NCBI GenBank assembly: GCA_000004985.1
Contig: GG738920.1
Strand: one strand, 5' to 3'
Source: Naegleria gruberi
Taxonomy: Eukaryota
Length of the DNA: 64,000 bases
The notes beneath the pieces are model-generated. The model was not told the DNA's origin and did no database searches. It worked only from the letters and a program-made list of their open reading frames with translations. The position numbers and the translations under genes are program-made. This document shows, in pieces, positions 8,734-19,451 of this stretch. Positions within the stretch are counted from its first letter, which is position 1, and the number at the start of each line of letters is the position of its first letter.

Positions 8734-11127
8734 ATGAATGAGACACTTGATAGTAGCAGCAACAATCTCCTCTTTAATCGTGAATATACTTCGAGGTCAA
8801 ATGTTGGGAGGCCAACATTTAGTTTAAGGGACTCTATGAATAGGGAATGTCTAGGATCATCCAATGTTGTGCCAACAACTCAAAAACAAACATCTTCTTC
8901 CGAGAGAGTTTATGGAGCAACATTTACTCCCTTCCCAACAAGAGAAAATATTCCTCCACGTTCCGATGATGCTGTCCTTAGAAAGAGTTATACATTTGAT
9001 GACAAGATGAGTGGCTTCCGAGAAAAAATCGACAATAGTCACTATAGCACATCTTTGGGGTGGAAGAGAAGAGCCGAGAAGGATGCAGAATGTTGCAAGA
9101 ACTGTCATTTATGTACTCAAACTCTTACAACAGATAAATGGGCCTTAACCAAACAAGAACGACAACTAAGGCCAGACTCATCAACAAGAGAACCAATGGA
9201 AGGTTATTATCCAAGTAATGATGGAAAGCAATATAGACCATATTCTCCAGACACAAAGTCAATGATGCAGAAATTAGTTGGCTACAAGGAGAATCCACAA
9301 GATCCTTCATTACCAATGTATAAATCAGCTCATTCACATCAAACTCCATCTGTGGATTATTATATGAATCAACCAAAGATTGAAACAAACTCTAGGCAAT
9401 CACAACCTAACACATACCCTAAGAATCCAAGTAAGATGCAGCCTTATAATACAAATACGATCTATCTAAGTAACAACCCCATCTCAGTCAAAAGTGTGAC
9501 ACTAAATACCAGATACGATCCAGCCTCAAGGTATAATCAAAATCCAGATGAGCCAAATAATTTCTTTCAAAGAGTTAGAATGGGTAGAATGTATTCTGAT
9601 TCTACTCCTTGGGAATACTATTTACATTATAATGAAGACGATGATGAAAAGAAGGACATGTATGATATGATTAGACAAAGATGTGCAGAATATGCCAAAA
9701 ATCAAACCAAAAAGGAAGATAGAAAAAGTAGAATATGTATGGAAACTTCAGAATTTAAAAATATTGTGGAAAAGCTCACAAGAAAGGAAACTAGCTCAGT
9801 GGAGACACAGACAGCAATCGATGAAAATAATAAGGAAAATGAAAACGATTATTCTAGAAATGCAATACAATCGAATAATACATCTGATTCTACAAGAACT
9901 AAAAAGTCAGACAAACAATCAGTCAATCAACAATCAAACAATCAATCAAATGGTAATGAAGAAGCAAATATTTATCTTCAAAATTCATCTGAGCAAAAGA
10001 AAACAAAATCTAAGCCAACTAAAAAGAAAGTATCCAATAATTCTACGACTCTCTCAACAACCTCAACAACTTCATCCAAATCCTCTAATAGTAGTGGCAG
10101 TTCAACATCCAATAGAGTACTCTCCATAACAAATGGTCCTCCTAGCACCAACAATAGAGTTATTGACGGTCTACCTGTTAACAGTCCTGCCAAAAAGCAA
10201 GATACACCAAAAGGTGTACCTGGTTTTACGCCACCTAAAAAGTCAGAAGTTTTTAATAAGATTGTCACAAATATGACCTCCAATAATAAGAAAAAGGTGA
10301 ACTCAAAGAAGAAAAAGAAGTCTCTAAATATTGAACCAAGGAAGAGTGTCTCTCAAAATACTACCTCAACTTCATCCTTCATAATATCAGACAAGACCAA
10401 ATCAACAACAACCTCTCCCTCCATAATCAACAAACCTGACAAGAAATTTAAAAAGACAATGAAAAGAATGGAAGATACAAAGAAAAAGGCAGAGTGGCTG
10501 GATAAGTACATTGCCCTGCTTTCTAGTCCAGAAAAATCAAGTGTTAAGAAGCGATTGGAAAGCTCCAGCAGACACACCTCTCCAAAGAAATCTGAAAGCT
10601 CACAAATCACCTTGCAAACCTCTTCTGATTGTGAAGATAATTCTACTCCATACTCCATTGACTTTGATGATGTTTACACTGGGTTGCCATCAACAGTGTC
10701 AACAGCGATAGCAACCTCAAAGTCTGTGCAAAAATGCTTTGATTCTGTTCTGAATTACTTTGAAAAGTCTAAATACAAATCAGACTCGTCCACGGAAGAG
10801 GACAATTTGGATGAAGAATTGGATGATAATGTAAGCCTTTCATCAATGACATCTGAATTGGAAATATCTGTAAAATATAACATTGGCAGCTACTCGAGTG
10901 ATGAAGAGGATGAAGAACAACTTTCAAGTGACGATGAGGAATGTAGTTTATTGAATGAGTTTACTCCAAATACTTCTTACCTTGTTGATAATATGAACGA
11001 AACTTCAGCAAGCATTTCAATGGATACCTCGCTGAACACTGTTTCGATCGGTTCAGAACAAGAGTTTGAGTGTAGCTCTTTGGATGATATTTCACGAGAT
11101 TTTAACATTTCAAATATGTCAATATAA
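8734..11127 (+). CDS. Ser/Thr/Asn/Lys-rich low-complexity protein (797 aa), hypothetical.
   Basis: A long ORF starting at a true ATG at 8734. It has S/T-rich tracts (TTSSKSSNSSGSSTSN), K-rich tracts and an acidic C-terminus. Confidence 0.45.
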   Translation: MNETLDSSSNNLLFNREYTSRSNVGRPTFSLRDSMNRECLGSSNVVPTTQKQTSSSERVYGATFTPFPTRENIPPRSDDAVLRKSYTFDDKMSGFREKIDNSHYSTSLGWKRRAEKDAECCKNCHLCTQTLTTDKWALTKQERQLRPDSSTREPMEGYYPSNDGKQYRPYSPDTKSMMQKLVGYKENPQDPSLPMYKSAHSHQTPSVDYYMNQPKIETNSRQSQPNTYPKNPSKMQPYNTNTIYLSNNPISVKSVTLNTRYDPASRYNQNPDEPNNFFQRVRMGRMYSDSTPWEYYLHYNEDDDEKKDMYDMIRQRCAEYAKNQTKKEDRKSRICMETSEFKNIVEKLTRKETSSVETQTAIDENNKENENDYSRNAIQSNNTSDSTRTKKSDKQSVNQQSNNQSNGNEEANIYLQNSSEQKKTKSKPTKKKVSNNSTTLSTTSTTSSKSSNSSGSSTSNRVLSITNGPPSTNNRVIDGLPVNSPAKKQDTPKGVPGFTPPKKSEVFNKIVTNMTSNNKKKVNSKKKKKSLNIEPRKSVSQNTTSTSSFIISDKTKSTTTSPSIINKPDKKFKKTMKRMEDTKKKAEWLDKYIALLSSPEKSSVKKRLESSSRHTSPKKSESSQITLQTSSDCEDNSTPYSIDFDDVYTGLPSTVSTAIATSKSVQKCFDSVLNYFEKSKYKSDSSTEEDNLDEELDDNVSLSSMTSELEISVKYNIGSYSSDEEDEEQLSSDDEECSLLNEFTPNTSYLVDNMNETSASISMDTSLNTVSIGSEQEFECSSLDDISRDFNISNMSI

Positions 11128-11139
11128 ACATGATTATTT

Positions 11140-13911
11140 TTATTCTAAAATTTCAGAAGGAAGATTGTCTCCAACTCTAATTGAGAAGTTTTCAGAGCCA
11201 TGTTTAACACGATTTTCTTTTGCGCCATAGCTACTATCAGTTGCACTAAAGCTTGATGAAGCTGGTTGTTTGAATTCTACAATGAAATGGAAATCTCTTA
11301 CTTGGATATGGACATACTCAATAACATTTTGGTGAATATATTCTCGCATTGATATCTTAGTTTCATCACTCTTATTATTAATGTAGAGATAAACTTTTGG
11401 TGGAGTTCCTGCACTAAAAGCAAGATAAATGAGTATCTTGGTGAAAATCTTAAAATTGATATCACTAGAAAGTAAAGTACCAAAATCAGGCTTTGACAAC
11501 AGATACTTGAAGGTAGTGAAAATAATAAACTTGTAAAGTTCTTGTGATGACATTTGCTTTCCATGAATATTTTCATTATTATCATAGAATGGTTTCCACA
11601 ATTTTACACTAAATAACTCTTCATATCTGGCCATTTCTGAATCATACCATTCACGTGAGCAGAAAGGCATAGGTGTATGAATTAAAGATGAATCCTTATT
11701 TTCTGGGCTATAGATAGATGATGGGAAGACTGTTGTTTGCTTGAGATCTGTCAACTCACGCTTTGTTATAAGACAGTAATTAAGCACTTTAGGAGCATTA
11801 TGTAACAAGTAGTGGAATGACCTGATTAATTTCACATCATTCAATTCGACCTCCTTCTTTCTGATGACTGTTGCGTAATCACCAAGAATACCAACCTTTT
11901 GGAAATAGCTTTGCATATCCTTCAAACAGAGGTAATGTAATTTGACTTCCAATGATTCATCCTTAACAATGGTATTTGCAACAAGAGAGTTGATAAAGTT
12001 GGTCATTTCGTCATTAGGTGTCAAATTCTTTACAAGCTCAGAGGCAGCATGAGCTCTTCTATGTAATACCTTATCGAGTAATGTTGATTCGTTCTTGTCT
12101 GCAATGACAGTTGACAAATCATTAAAAGCTTGATAAAAATTACCAAGTTTGATTAAACAAAGAGCTCTATTTGATAACACTCTTGAATCATTTGGATAAC
12201 GTTTGGTTGCAGTATTGTAGCATTCGCGAGCTTCCTCGAATTTCTTTTCTCTGAAAAGGTCATTACCAGCTTCTGTGTACATATGGCCATAGTCCAATTC
12301 AACAAATTCATTACCATTAATGAAGAGGGTTACTGGTTTTTGGAGAGTAATTTTTTCAAAGATTGAAAGTTTTGTTGAAAGTGGAATAATTTTTTGTCTT
12401 TCTCCGAGTGTCTTTTTGAAACAGACTGTTGTGATAGGCATGGTGGAATGATCGGAAATTAATTCAATCAATCTCTTGAGGTCATATTTGGCTCCAACCT
12501 TGAATAGGCATTGCTTTGATGGTGGTTCTGTCTTACTTGTGTAGGAACTATTTTCATCGAAAGTCAGTGCTATTTGATAACTAGATACCTCACCAACATT
12601 CTTTGGGTTGATGCAAATCAAGTGTCTAAAGGCAATCTCTTCAGAAAAGAGTCTTGTTGTTTTGGTATTTACATGAGAGGAAGTGTTTTGTTCTGCTACT
12701 GATGCAACAGAATTACCAGTGTTGGTAGGGGAGGTTGGTTCACTAGTTGTTGTTGGTGCAGAATTTACACCTGGAACTTGTTGGAGTCTTTTGGAATTTT
12801 GGGAAGTAAGTGTTGGATGATCGGATGATTCACTTCCTTCAGTTGCACTTTGGATTGGCATTGTGTTCAATAAATTATTTTCTGATGATGTTTTTTGTTG
12901 TACTTGTTGCTGATCAAAAGCAGTAATATTATTATTATTAGATGATTGATCTGATAAATCAACAATGTCTTCTTCTTCGATAGAGATGGATCTCTTTTGT
13001 TTCCTTGAATCGTTAACAATTGGTGTCGAATTGCTTCTATCAAGCCAGTCAGTACTATTCGAGTCGCGACTATTTGTTATATCTTGCTGCTGCTCTGTTA
13101 GTGGTCGTTGTTCTTCTTCTCTACGAGTCTCTTTAGCTGCGTGGAGGTTATTCTTTTTGTTGGAATTATTTTTAAAATTATTTTTCTTCTTCTCATGTTC
13201 TTCATCACCAAAACAACTTGATGAATAATCATTCGAGTTCTTGGTTTCACTTTTGGGATAGAGAAGGGTCGAGTAACCTTCGGGATAGAGTTTGGTCGAT
13301 AAACCAGTTGGATAGTCATCGCGCATGGTGTGGGATGAAGAAGGTGTAATTTGAGAAGCAAGCTGGGCTGAAAATTCTTCCAAAGTGATTGTTGGTTGAT
13401 GAACTTCAGCTTGGAAGGCTCGTGGTACATCAGAGTTTAAATCATAATTTGTGCACATAACACTATCACCATCATTGAGAGAGTTTTGAAGGGCTCTTGC
13501 GTATTGTTCATCGAAATCATCCTGATTATTATATGCAAAAGTATGTTCTACTGAGACGAAAGGAGTATGCCAATCATGATCACGATCTTCTGGGCCAAAT
13601 ATGCTTGGAGAGAGAGGTCGCTTGTAGCGATTATTACCATTAATCCTGTCAGTATTATTGCTTGATGATGTTGATCCGTTATTATTGTGATGTTGATCAT
13701 CATTTGCATTGGTAAACTTTAACATTTCGGATGTGTAATTGATGTTCTGCTGTGATGATTCTGTTGTTGATAACAATTCATTGGATGTTTTAGCCTTTTT
13801 ACTAGCAGTACTATTATCATGATCCTCTTCGCAATCACTAATTCGTTCAGCGAGTTCACCTTCACAATAATCATATTTGCTTATGAAATCATATAGACTT
13901 CTCTTTGACAT
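11140..13911 (-). CDS. TPR-repeat-containing protein (923 aa).
   Basis: A long ORF with an ATG at 13911..13909. TPR-like repeats are present (EAGNDLFREKKFEEARECYNTATKRYPNDSRVLSNRALCLIKLGNFYQAFNDL). It is convergent with the previous gene, with only 12 nt between their stops. Confidence 0.5.
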   Translation of the reverse strand: MSKRSLYDFISKYDYCEGELAERISDCEEDHDNSTASKKAKTSNELLSTTESSQQNINYTSEMLKFTNANDDQHHNNNGSTSSSNNTDRINGNNRYKRPLSPSIFGPEDRDHDWHTPFVSVEHTFAYNNQDDFDEQYARALQNSLNDGDSVMCTNYDLNSDVPRAFQAEVHQPTITLEEFSAQLASQITPSSSHTMRDDYPTGLSTKLYPEGYSTLLYPKSETKNSNDYSSSCFGDEEHEKKKNNFKNNSNKKNNLHAAKETRREEEQRPLTEQQQDITNSRDSNSTDWLDRSNSTPIVNDSRKQKRSISIEEEDIVDLSDQSSNNNNITAFDQQQVQQKTSSENNLLNTMPIQSATEGSESSDHPTLTSQNSKRLQQVPGVNSAPTTTSEPTSPTNTGNSVASVAEQNTSSHVNTKTTRLFSEEIAFRHLICINPKNVGEVSSYQIALTFDENSSYTSKTEPPSKQCLFKVGAKYDLKRLIELISDHSTMPITTVCFKKTLGERQKIIPLSTKLSIFEKITLQKPVTLFINGNEFVELDYGHMYTEAGNDLFREKKFEEARECYNTATKRYPNDSRVLSNRALCLIKLGNFYQAFNDLSTVIADKNESTLLDKVLHRRAHAASELVKNLTPNDEMTNFINSLVANTIVKDESLEVKLHYLCLKDMQSYFQKVGILGDYATVIRKKEVELNDVKLIRSFHYLLHNAPKVLNYCLITKRELTDLKQTTVFPSSIYSPENKDSSLIHTPMPFCSREWYDSEMARYEELFSVKLWKPFYDNNENIHGKQMSSQELYKFIIFTTFKYLLSKPDFGTLLSSDINFKIFTKILIYLAFSAGTPPKVYLYINNKSDETKISMREYIHQNVIEYVHIQVRDFHFIVEFKQPASSSFSATDSSYGAKENRVKHGSENFSIRVGDNLPSEILE

Positions 13912-14155
13912 TGTTCTCGAGATAATACTTGATAATGATGATGTTGATGAGGTTGATCACAAAAGTTGTCTTCTATTTAGCTTGTTACTTCCAAGAGTTG
14001 TAACACATCCAAAGGCTTTGAGAATGGCTTTCTACAAAATCGTTCCGAAATTTAATTTTCTTCTCTGACGTTGTGGTTGGGAAGCAGAGGTGTAGTTAAT
14101 TTTTTTAAGATTGAAAAAGAAGTTTATTTTTACAATTCAAATAATTTACAGAATT

Positions 14156-17028
14156 TTAAAGCTCATTGTTTTCCTGTGGGTTGACTTCGTAAACTTCAGA
14201 TTGATTGGATATATTATTTGGTTGGGAAATAATGGGATATTGTACTGGGTTGTCATTATTTGTTACAGTTGAGGAGAGGGGAGGAAATGATGATTCACTC
14301 TCTGTCATTTCAACTGAAGGAGTAATTGGATCTTGCATATTTGTTGATGAATTATCAGTTCGAGTATTCAAGTAATAGCTTGGTATGGAAAAGTAGTCCT
14401 TTGGACAACGTTGGTTGAATTCTTCCTCAGCAACAATCTTTCTCACATTTTCCTTCAAATCGAATACATCAATCACACCATTCAATTGTTCACAAACTAC
14501 AATTGCTTCCAATCCCCATTTAAGGTATTGTCTAATTCTGTGGATGGTATGGTTTGGAACTTCTGAAAGTCCTAGAACAGATAAATCATCTACAGAAGAA
14601 CCAAATAAAGATTCTTGAGAGCCATACAATCCAAAAACTCCAGTCATTAGGGCAGTTGATTGTAAAGTTTCCAATTCTTCGAGCTGAATTTCTACAGCTT
14701 TAACAATGCACGGAAGGACCACTGGACCACTGAAATAGAAAGCATCATTTCTTGTTGCTTCAATGACAGAATAAGATGCTAATATTGAGGTTGGTGTGTT
14801 AATGTTTGGAAGTGTAGAATAATTTTCACTCGTTTTTGAGGAACACATATCATCTCCAACAATGGATAACTTTGATACAATAATACTGATAGTGTCAGCA
14901 ATCATCTGGGAGGTCAAGAGAGAAATATTAGCAGAGAGTGGAGGGATAAAATTTTTGAGTACTTGATTTCCATAATTGAGGAACTCTTTGGAAAGTTTCA
15001 TTCTTTCTAAACATTCATCGAAGGAGATTCCTTTCTGAGTGTTAGAGCAAGATATACTTGCACTTGGATGGGCACGAACCGATTTGCAAGGTATGGTCAG
15101 GTAGTTCTCAACCCAGAATGAAGTTTCATTTTCAATTTCTCTTATTCTTTGTTCATCTTCTTCATGAATGTGAAGGTAAGAGTATTCATAAAGAAGCTCA
15201 TCTGCTTGTGGGGATGGAGGTAATAATCTCTCGTTATTCTTCTTTTGTTTCAAAGTTTTGATTAAAAATTCGGTAGTTGTTGCCGATTCTTTTAAATTTT
15301 GAAGTTTTGAGAGAGTATTAAATTGAGAAACTATTGTAGATGAGTGTAATTCATTCAAGCAGACGAGAAATTCTTGAACTTGGGATGATGTTAACTTGTT
15401 CTTAATCTTTTTCGAGAAGAGTATAACTTGAACATGAGAGAGTAATAGATGAAGTAAATGATCTTCAATATCCAAGTCTTTGATAGTATTCCTATATTCT
15501 TTCCATCCATGTTGTGAGTGAATACTACTAGTGGTTGTATCATGTTTGGCTACTCTTGATTCCAAATACGATGATACCTTAGTTATGTACTTGGATGCTT
15601 CCTCTGGATGTCTATTAGCAACTAGAAGTGAAATGTAGGAAAAACATATTAATACTCGTATTAACGTTTCGTGATCGTGGGATTTAACATGCTTTTTAGC
15701 TTTTAAATGTAAATAGAAAGGTTCCAGATATGACTTTGCCTTATTGAGGAGAAATTCCGAGACTTGAGGGAGGCCTACTCTATCAAATGCTAAAGACTGG
15801 ATACATAGAAAGAGTGAATAGTCAACATGATCGATATCTGAGAGTTTTTGCTCTTTGGATCTTATGGCAATGTGATGAAAATTTGAAGAGTCGTGTCCTA
15901 TAAGATGAGCAAGTTCTGGGGTTGGAGTTGATAAAGAAAGAGGTGTCAAATCTATAGAGAAATCAAGGGATGATGGCAAATTTGTTGAAATGTGAAGAGA
16001 GCTAGGTTTTTTGTGATGATAGTAATGTTGATCGTGATGATTTTTGTGCTGTTCAGTAATATTATTATGATTAGGTTCATGAGTTTCCTCACAAAGACGG
16101 TACAGAATGGAGATGATGTATGTTTTCAAAATATTTTCACTTGTTGGTTCGTCATCCACTGTTCCTAATTCGTTTGTCATAAAGTGGAAAGATACTAATG
16201 AATCATACAAGCATAAATCTCTAACGAGCTCCAATTTCCGTTTTGCAATTGATGAAGGTTGAATTTGTGGTAGAACTTGCTCCACAAACATACTCAAAAT
16301 ATTCTCATAGGTTTCATATTTTGGATCATCAAATGGTGACTTGTCTATTTGTTGTAATAATTCAATCCTTTTGTGTGCAGGTTGATGTTCATCCCGATGT
16401 GGATGTAAAGTTGGAACACCAGAAACAATCACTGGCTCAGCTCCATCTTCCTCCTCACTTTTAGATATTTCCTCATCATGTACATGTTTTACACCATGTT
16501 TTTCCTTCTTGTTCTCCTTTTTGTGACTTTTTTCAGTTTTTTCCACAATGCTATCTCCTTCGTTTGTTGCAGTTGAAGGAGCGTTAGAGAGTGGCACCAA
16601 AGTCTTGGTTGGTGATTTTGCTTTTCTATTACGTTTAGCCTGTGGATAAACACAAACTTTGTCTTTCCTACGACAATTAGAACAAATTGGCAATGCTTTA
16701 TCACACTAGTAGCAGATGTGGTAAATAAAGAAATTAATCCATCCAATAATTAATTTTACAAAGATGATCAAAAAAACAATGATAAAAAGCATAGTAAACA
16801 AACCTTTCTATGTCCCTTTCTACATTCTCTACAGGCAATTGGAGAATAGGTTTGAAGTACTTCCACAAGAGGTTGATCGGAGGAGGTTGAATTTTGAAGA
16901 TCAACATTGTCTGTTGTTGCCCCATGATCAAATAATTCTTCTTCATCACTTTCATCTTCTAAATCTTCATCACTATTCACAATGACTTTGTTTTTCGTCG
17001 ATGATGATGTATTTCCTGTTGCAAACAT
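14156..17028 (-). CDS. Zn(II)2Cys6 binuclear-cluster transcription factor. Two exons: 17028..16804 and 16705..14156, with a 98-nt GTTTGT...TAG intron.
   Basis: Splicing exon 1 (...SPIACRECRKGHRK) to exon 2 (CDKALPICSNCRRKDKVCVYP...) gives a perfect CxxCx6Cx6CxxCx6C spacing. Both junctions are in phase 0. The long C-terminal region is typical of this family. Confidence 0.6.
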
Positions 17029-17292
17029 TTTTTTTTTGATTTTTAAAATTCCCCAAAAAAGGAACAGAAATTATTTTGAATTAATTGAGACAAGATGCGA
17101 AGAGTCATCTTGAAAAATTGAGATTTAAGCACATGATATTCCAAATATGAAACATGGGTTAGAGTTGATCAAATGGAAGAGCAAAATTTGAGACAGCATA
17201 GTGCACTAAATGAATTCACGTTTTTAGAAAAAAACACAATACCAGAAAGAAAAAAGTAAGCAGATTTGGGGAATTTTTTATGTTGAATGTAA

Positions 17293-17363
17293 TCGGGTGT
17301 GGTATAGTGGTAGCATTCCAGACTGTCACTCTGGCGACCCGGGTTCAATTCCCGGCACTCGAG
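17293..17363 (+). tRNA. tRNA-Asp (anticodon GTC).
   Basis: The sequence is TCGGGTGTGGTATAGTGGTAGCATTCCAGACTGTCACTCTGGCGACCCGGGTTCAATTCCCGGCACTCGAG. It has a 7-bp acceptor stem, anticodon loop CTGTCAC, T-loop GGTTCAATTCC, and a downstream TTTT run (17370-17373) as a Pol III terminator. Confidence 0.85.
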
Positions 17364-17693
17364 ATGAAGTTTTGACTTTATCTGATATGTTTGAGTTTTT
17401 ATTTTTCTATCACATGAGAAATGATATATAACCTACCCAACTTTCAATTTTTAAGGGTTCACCTTAAAACCATTTAGAAAATAATCAAAGATTAAACTAT
17501 TTCATTTTCTTAAAAATATTCCAAGATCGAACTAACTGCCTCTGTTAAACGATATGGTGCACCATATGAAGAAGGTCTGAATTGTCTTAAAAGATCTTTG
17601 ATTCAATGAGAAAAGACTGGTAAGAAATCACCTCTGAATAACATAAGAAAAACGTGAAAGGAAGAAGCAGAAAGATACCACAAGTTTTAATTA

Positions 17694-18437
17694 TTAAATT
17701 TTTGGTGGAATATAACCTGATGATTGATAATATTGAACTGGTTCAGGATCATTTTGGAATGGTTGTCTTGATTGTTCTTGTTGGACAAAGTTTGGATTGT
17801 AAGCAATTCCTGGTTGGTTTACGAATCCTATTTGTGGTTGTTGGTACATATTTGGTTGATAGTATGGTTGAGTTTGTTGAATTGGCACGAATTGATTTTG
17901 ACCTGGTTGTTGTCCGTATTGTGGTGGAACCTGTCCTGGTTGTACCATTGGTTGTTGACCGTAAATGTTTGGTTGAACTGGTTGAGTAAACATATTGGCT
18001 GGCATGTCCAATTGTTGCTCCGTAGTGTTAAAAGTCCTCCTGAAAGCATTAGATCCACTTGAACTGAATCCATAACCACTATTGAGATACATAGTTGGAT
18101 CCGTATTGTTATCAGTTTGCCCATCATTGAATGGCTGATATGACAATTGTTTGATGAATGTATAGTCCTGTGCGTCACATCTCTTATTGAACCAAATTGT
18201 ATAAATCCACCCAACGAAAAACAAGCAAAATGTCAAATACCAAAAAGGTGTGGCAATTCTAGGTGTTCTCAGATTTGGATTACAAGTCAGGTATTGACCT
18301 TGGAAGTTTGGAGTACCCCAATTTTCGAAATAATCCATATGTGTATCACGTCCTCTATTTGCAATATAGATGGCAATTCTCTCCTGATCCAAAATCTTTT
18401 TCGATTCGCCATCATTCACAAACACTTGTTGGGTCAT
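17694..18437 (-). CDS. Single-pass membrane protein with a Gln/Pro/Tyr-rich C-terminal tail (247 aa), hypothetical.
   Basis: ATG at 18437..18435. It has one strong TM segment (ATPFWYLTFCLFFVGWIYTIWF). The C-terminal half consists of QP/QQ/PQY repeats. Confidence 0.4.
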   Translation of the reverse strand: MTQQVFVNDGESKKILDQERIAIYIANRGRDTHMDYFENWGTPNFQGQYLTCNPNLRTPRIATPFWYLTFCLFFVGWIYTIWFNKRCDAQDYTFIKQLSYQPFNDGQTDNNTDPTMYLNSGYGFSSSGSNAFRRTFNTTEQQLDMPANMFTQPVQPNIYGQQPMVQPGQVPPQYGQQPGQNQFVPIQQTQPYYQPNMYQQPQIGFVNQPGIAYNPNFVQQEQSRQPFQNDPEPVQYYQSSGYIPPKI

Positions 18438-18474
18438 GTCTAATTTGATGAAAATCTTGTTGGTATTTTTGAAT

Positions 18475-19047
18475 CTATAGTTCAGTAAAAATTTTTAAAC
18501 TTGATTCAACACTGAAAAGTAAAGAAACATACGAAAATTGAGGTGAAAAATCTCTGTGAAATTCAAAAGGTAAAGTTCTCGATTCAGTGTGAGTCACCAC
18601 TCTCACTGTAGTAGTATGAGTTCTTGTATGTCCGTTGGCATCTCTGGTGGTATGAGTTCTTGTTTCATAGTGAAAACATTCAACAGTAAGCACAATTTCT
18701 GGTTTCTCCTTTTTAGTTTCTTCCACAATTTCCAATACTCTATTATTCATTTGAAAATTAATCAAATAGTGATAAGTAGGAGAAGCATAAATCCCAATAA
18801 TATAGAAAATCAACAAGGTCAACAGGATTGGATAAATAAAAGCTCTTGGAAATATCTTTCCAAACAAATCAGCTCCAGGATAAACAAACAATTCACAAAT
18901 AATTTGAGAGATTACAATGAGCATGCAAATAATACTCAAAATTGCTTGAACAACAATATTTCCAAAGGTTTTTTGAAGTATGAGCCGAGGAGATGACTTT
19001 TTAGTCCCAGAATATCCTTCACCACCACCACTGGATGTTTGTCCCAT
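18475..19047 (-). CDS. Small two-TM membrane protein with an N-myristoylation-type start (MGQTSSGG) and a Thr/His/Arg-rich segment, hypothetical.
   Basis: The ORF's listed start is a TTG. The first ATG is at 19047, giving MGQTSS. There are two hydrophobic helices. The HTRTHTTTVRVVTHTE segment is low complexity. Confidence 0.4.
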   Translation of the reverse strand: MGQTSSGGGEGYSGTKKSSPRLILQKTFGNIVVQAILSIICMLIVISQIICELFVYPGADLFGKIFPRAFIYPILLTLLIFYIIGIYASPTYHYLINFQMNNRVLEIVEETKKEKPEIVLTVECFHYETRTHTTRDANGHTRTHTTTVRVVTHTESRTLPFEFHRDFSPQFSYVSLLFSVESSLKIFTEL

Positions 19048-19451
19048 CAAATTTCTGCTTAACCATCACGTGATGATGATCAACTTTAAATATCAAACAA
19101 AATACTTACGGTGGTCCACCTGCATTATTCCTCAACATATCATACCCATTCACTCTAAAAGTAGGTCCTGTAAAAGCCACCCGAAACATTCTCCAATAAT
19201 AATAAATTTCAAAATTGATGAAGATGATTTTCCCGCGCTTTTCTGAAATCCTGCAATTGAAACAAGCAAATGAATGGTTCACAGAGAATCTGAAAAAATC
19301 AGCGAAGGCTTGTCGCGTTTTTTTTTCGTGTTGCTGGAATTTTTCCATCAATCCTTTGAAGAGATATTGATTGTAAAATATTGTTGAAAAACGCAATGTT
19401 TATCCAATCAAAATTGATTTTTTGGTGGTGGAATGTGTGATCCAAAAGGAT

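Noticed and set aside
19106-19396. A 96-aa minus-strand ORF between the small TM gene and the P450 gene.
   Set aside because: It has no motif, it lies in the likely promoter or 3'-UTR region, and its composition is typical of AT-rich noncoding DNA.
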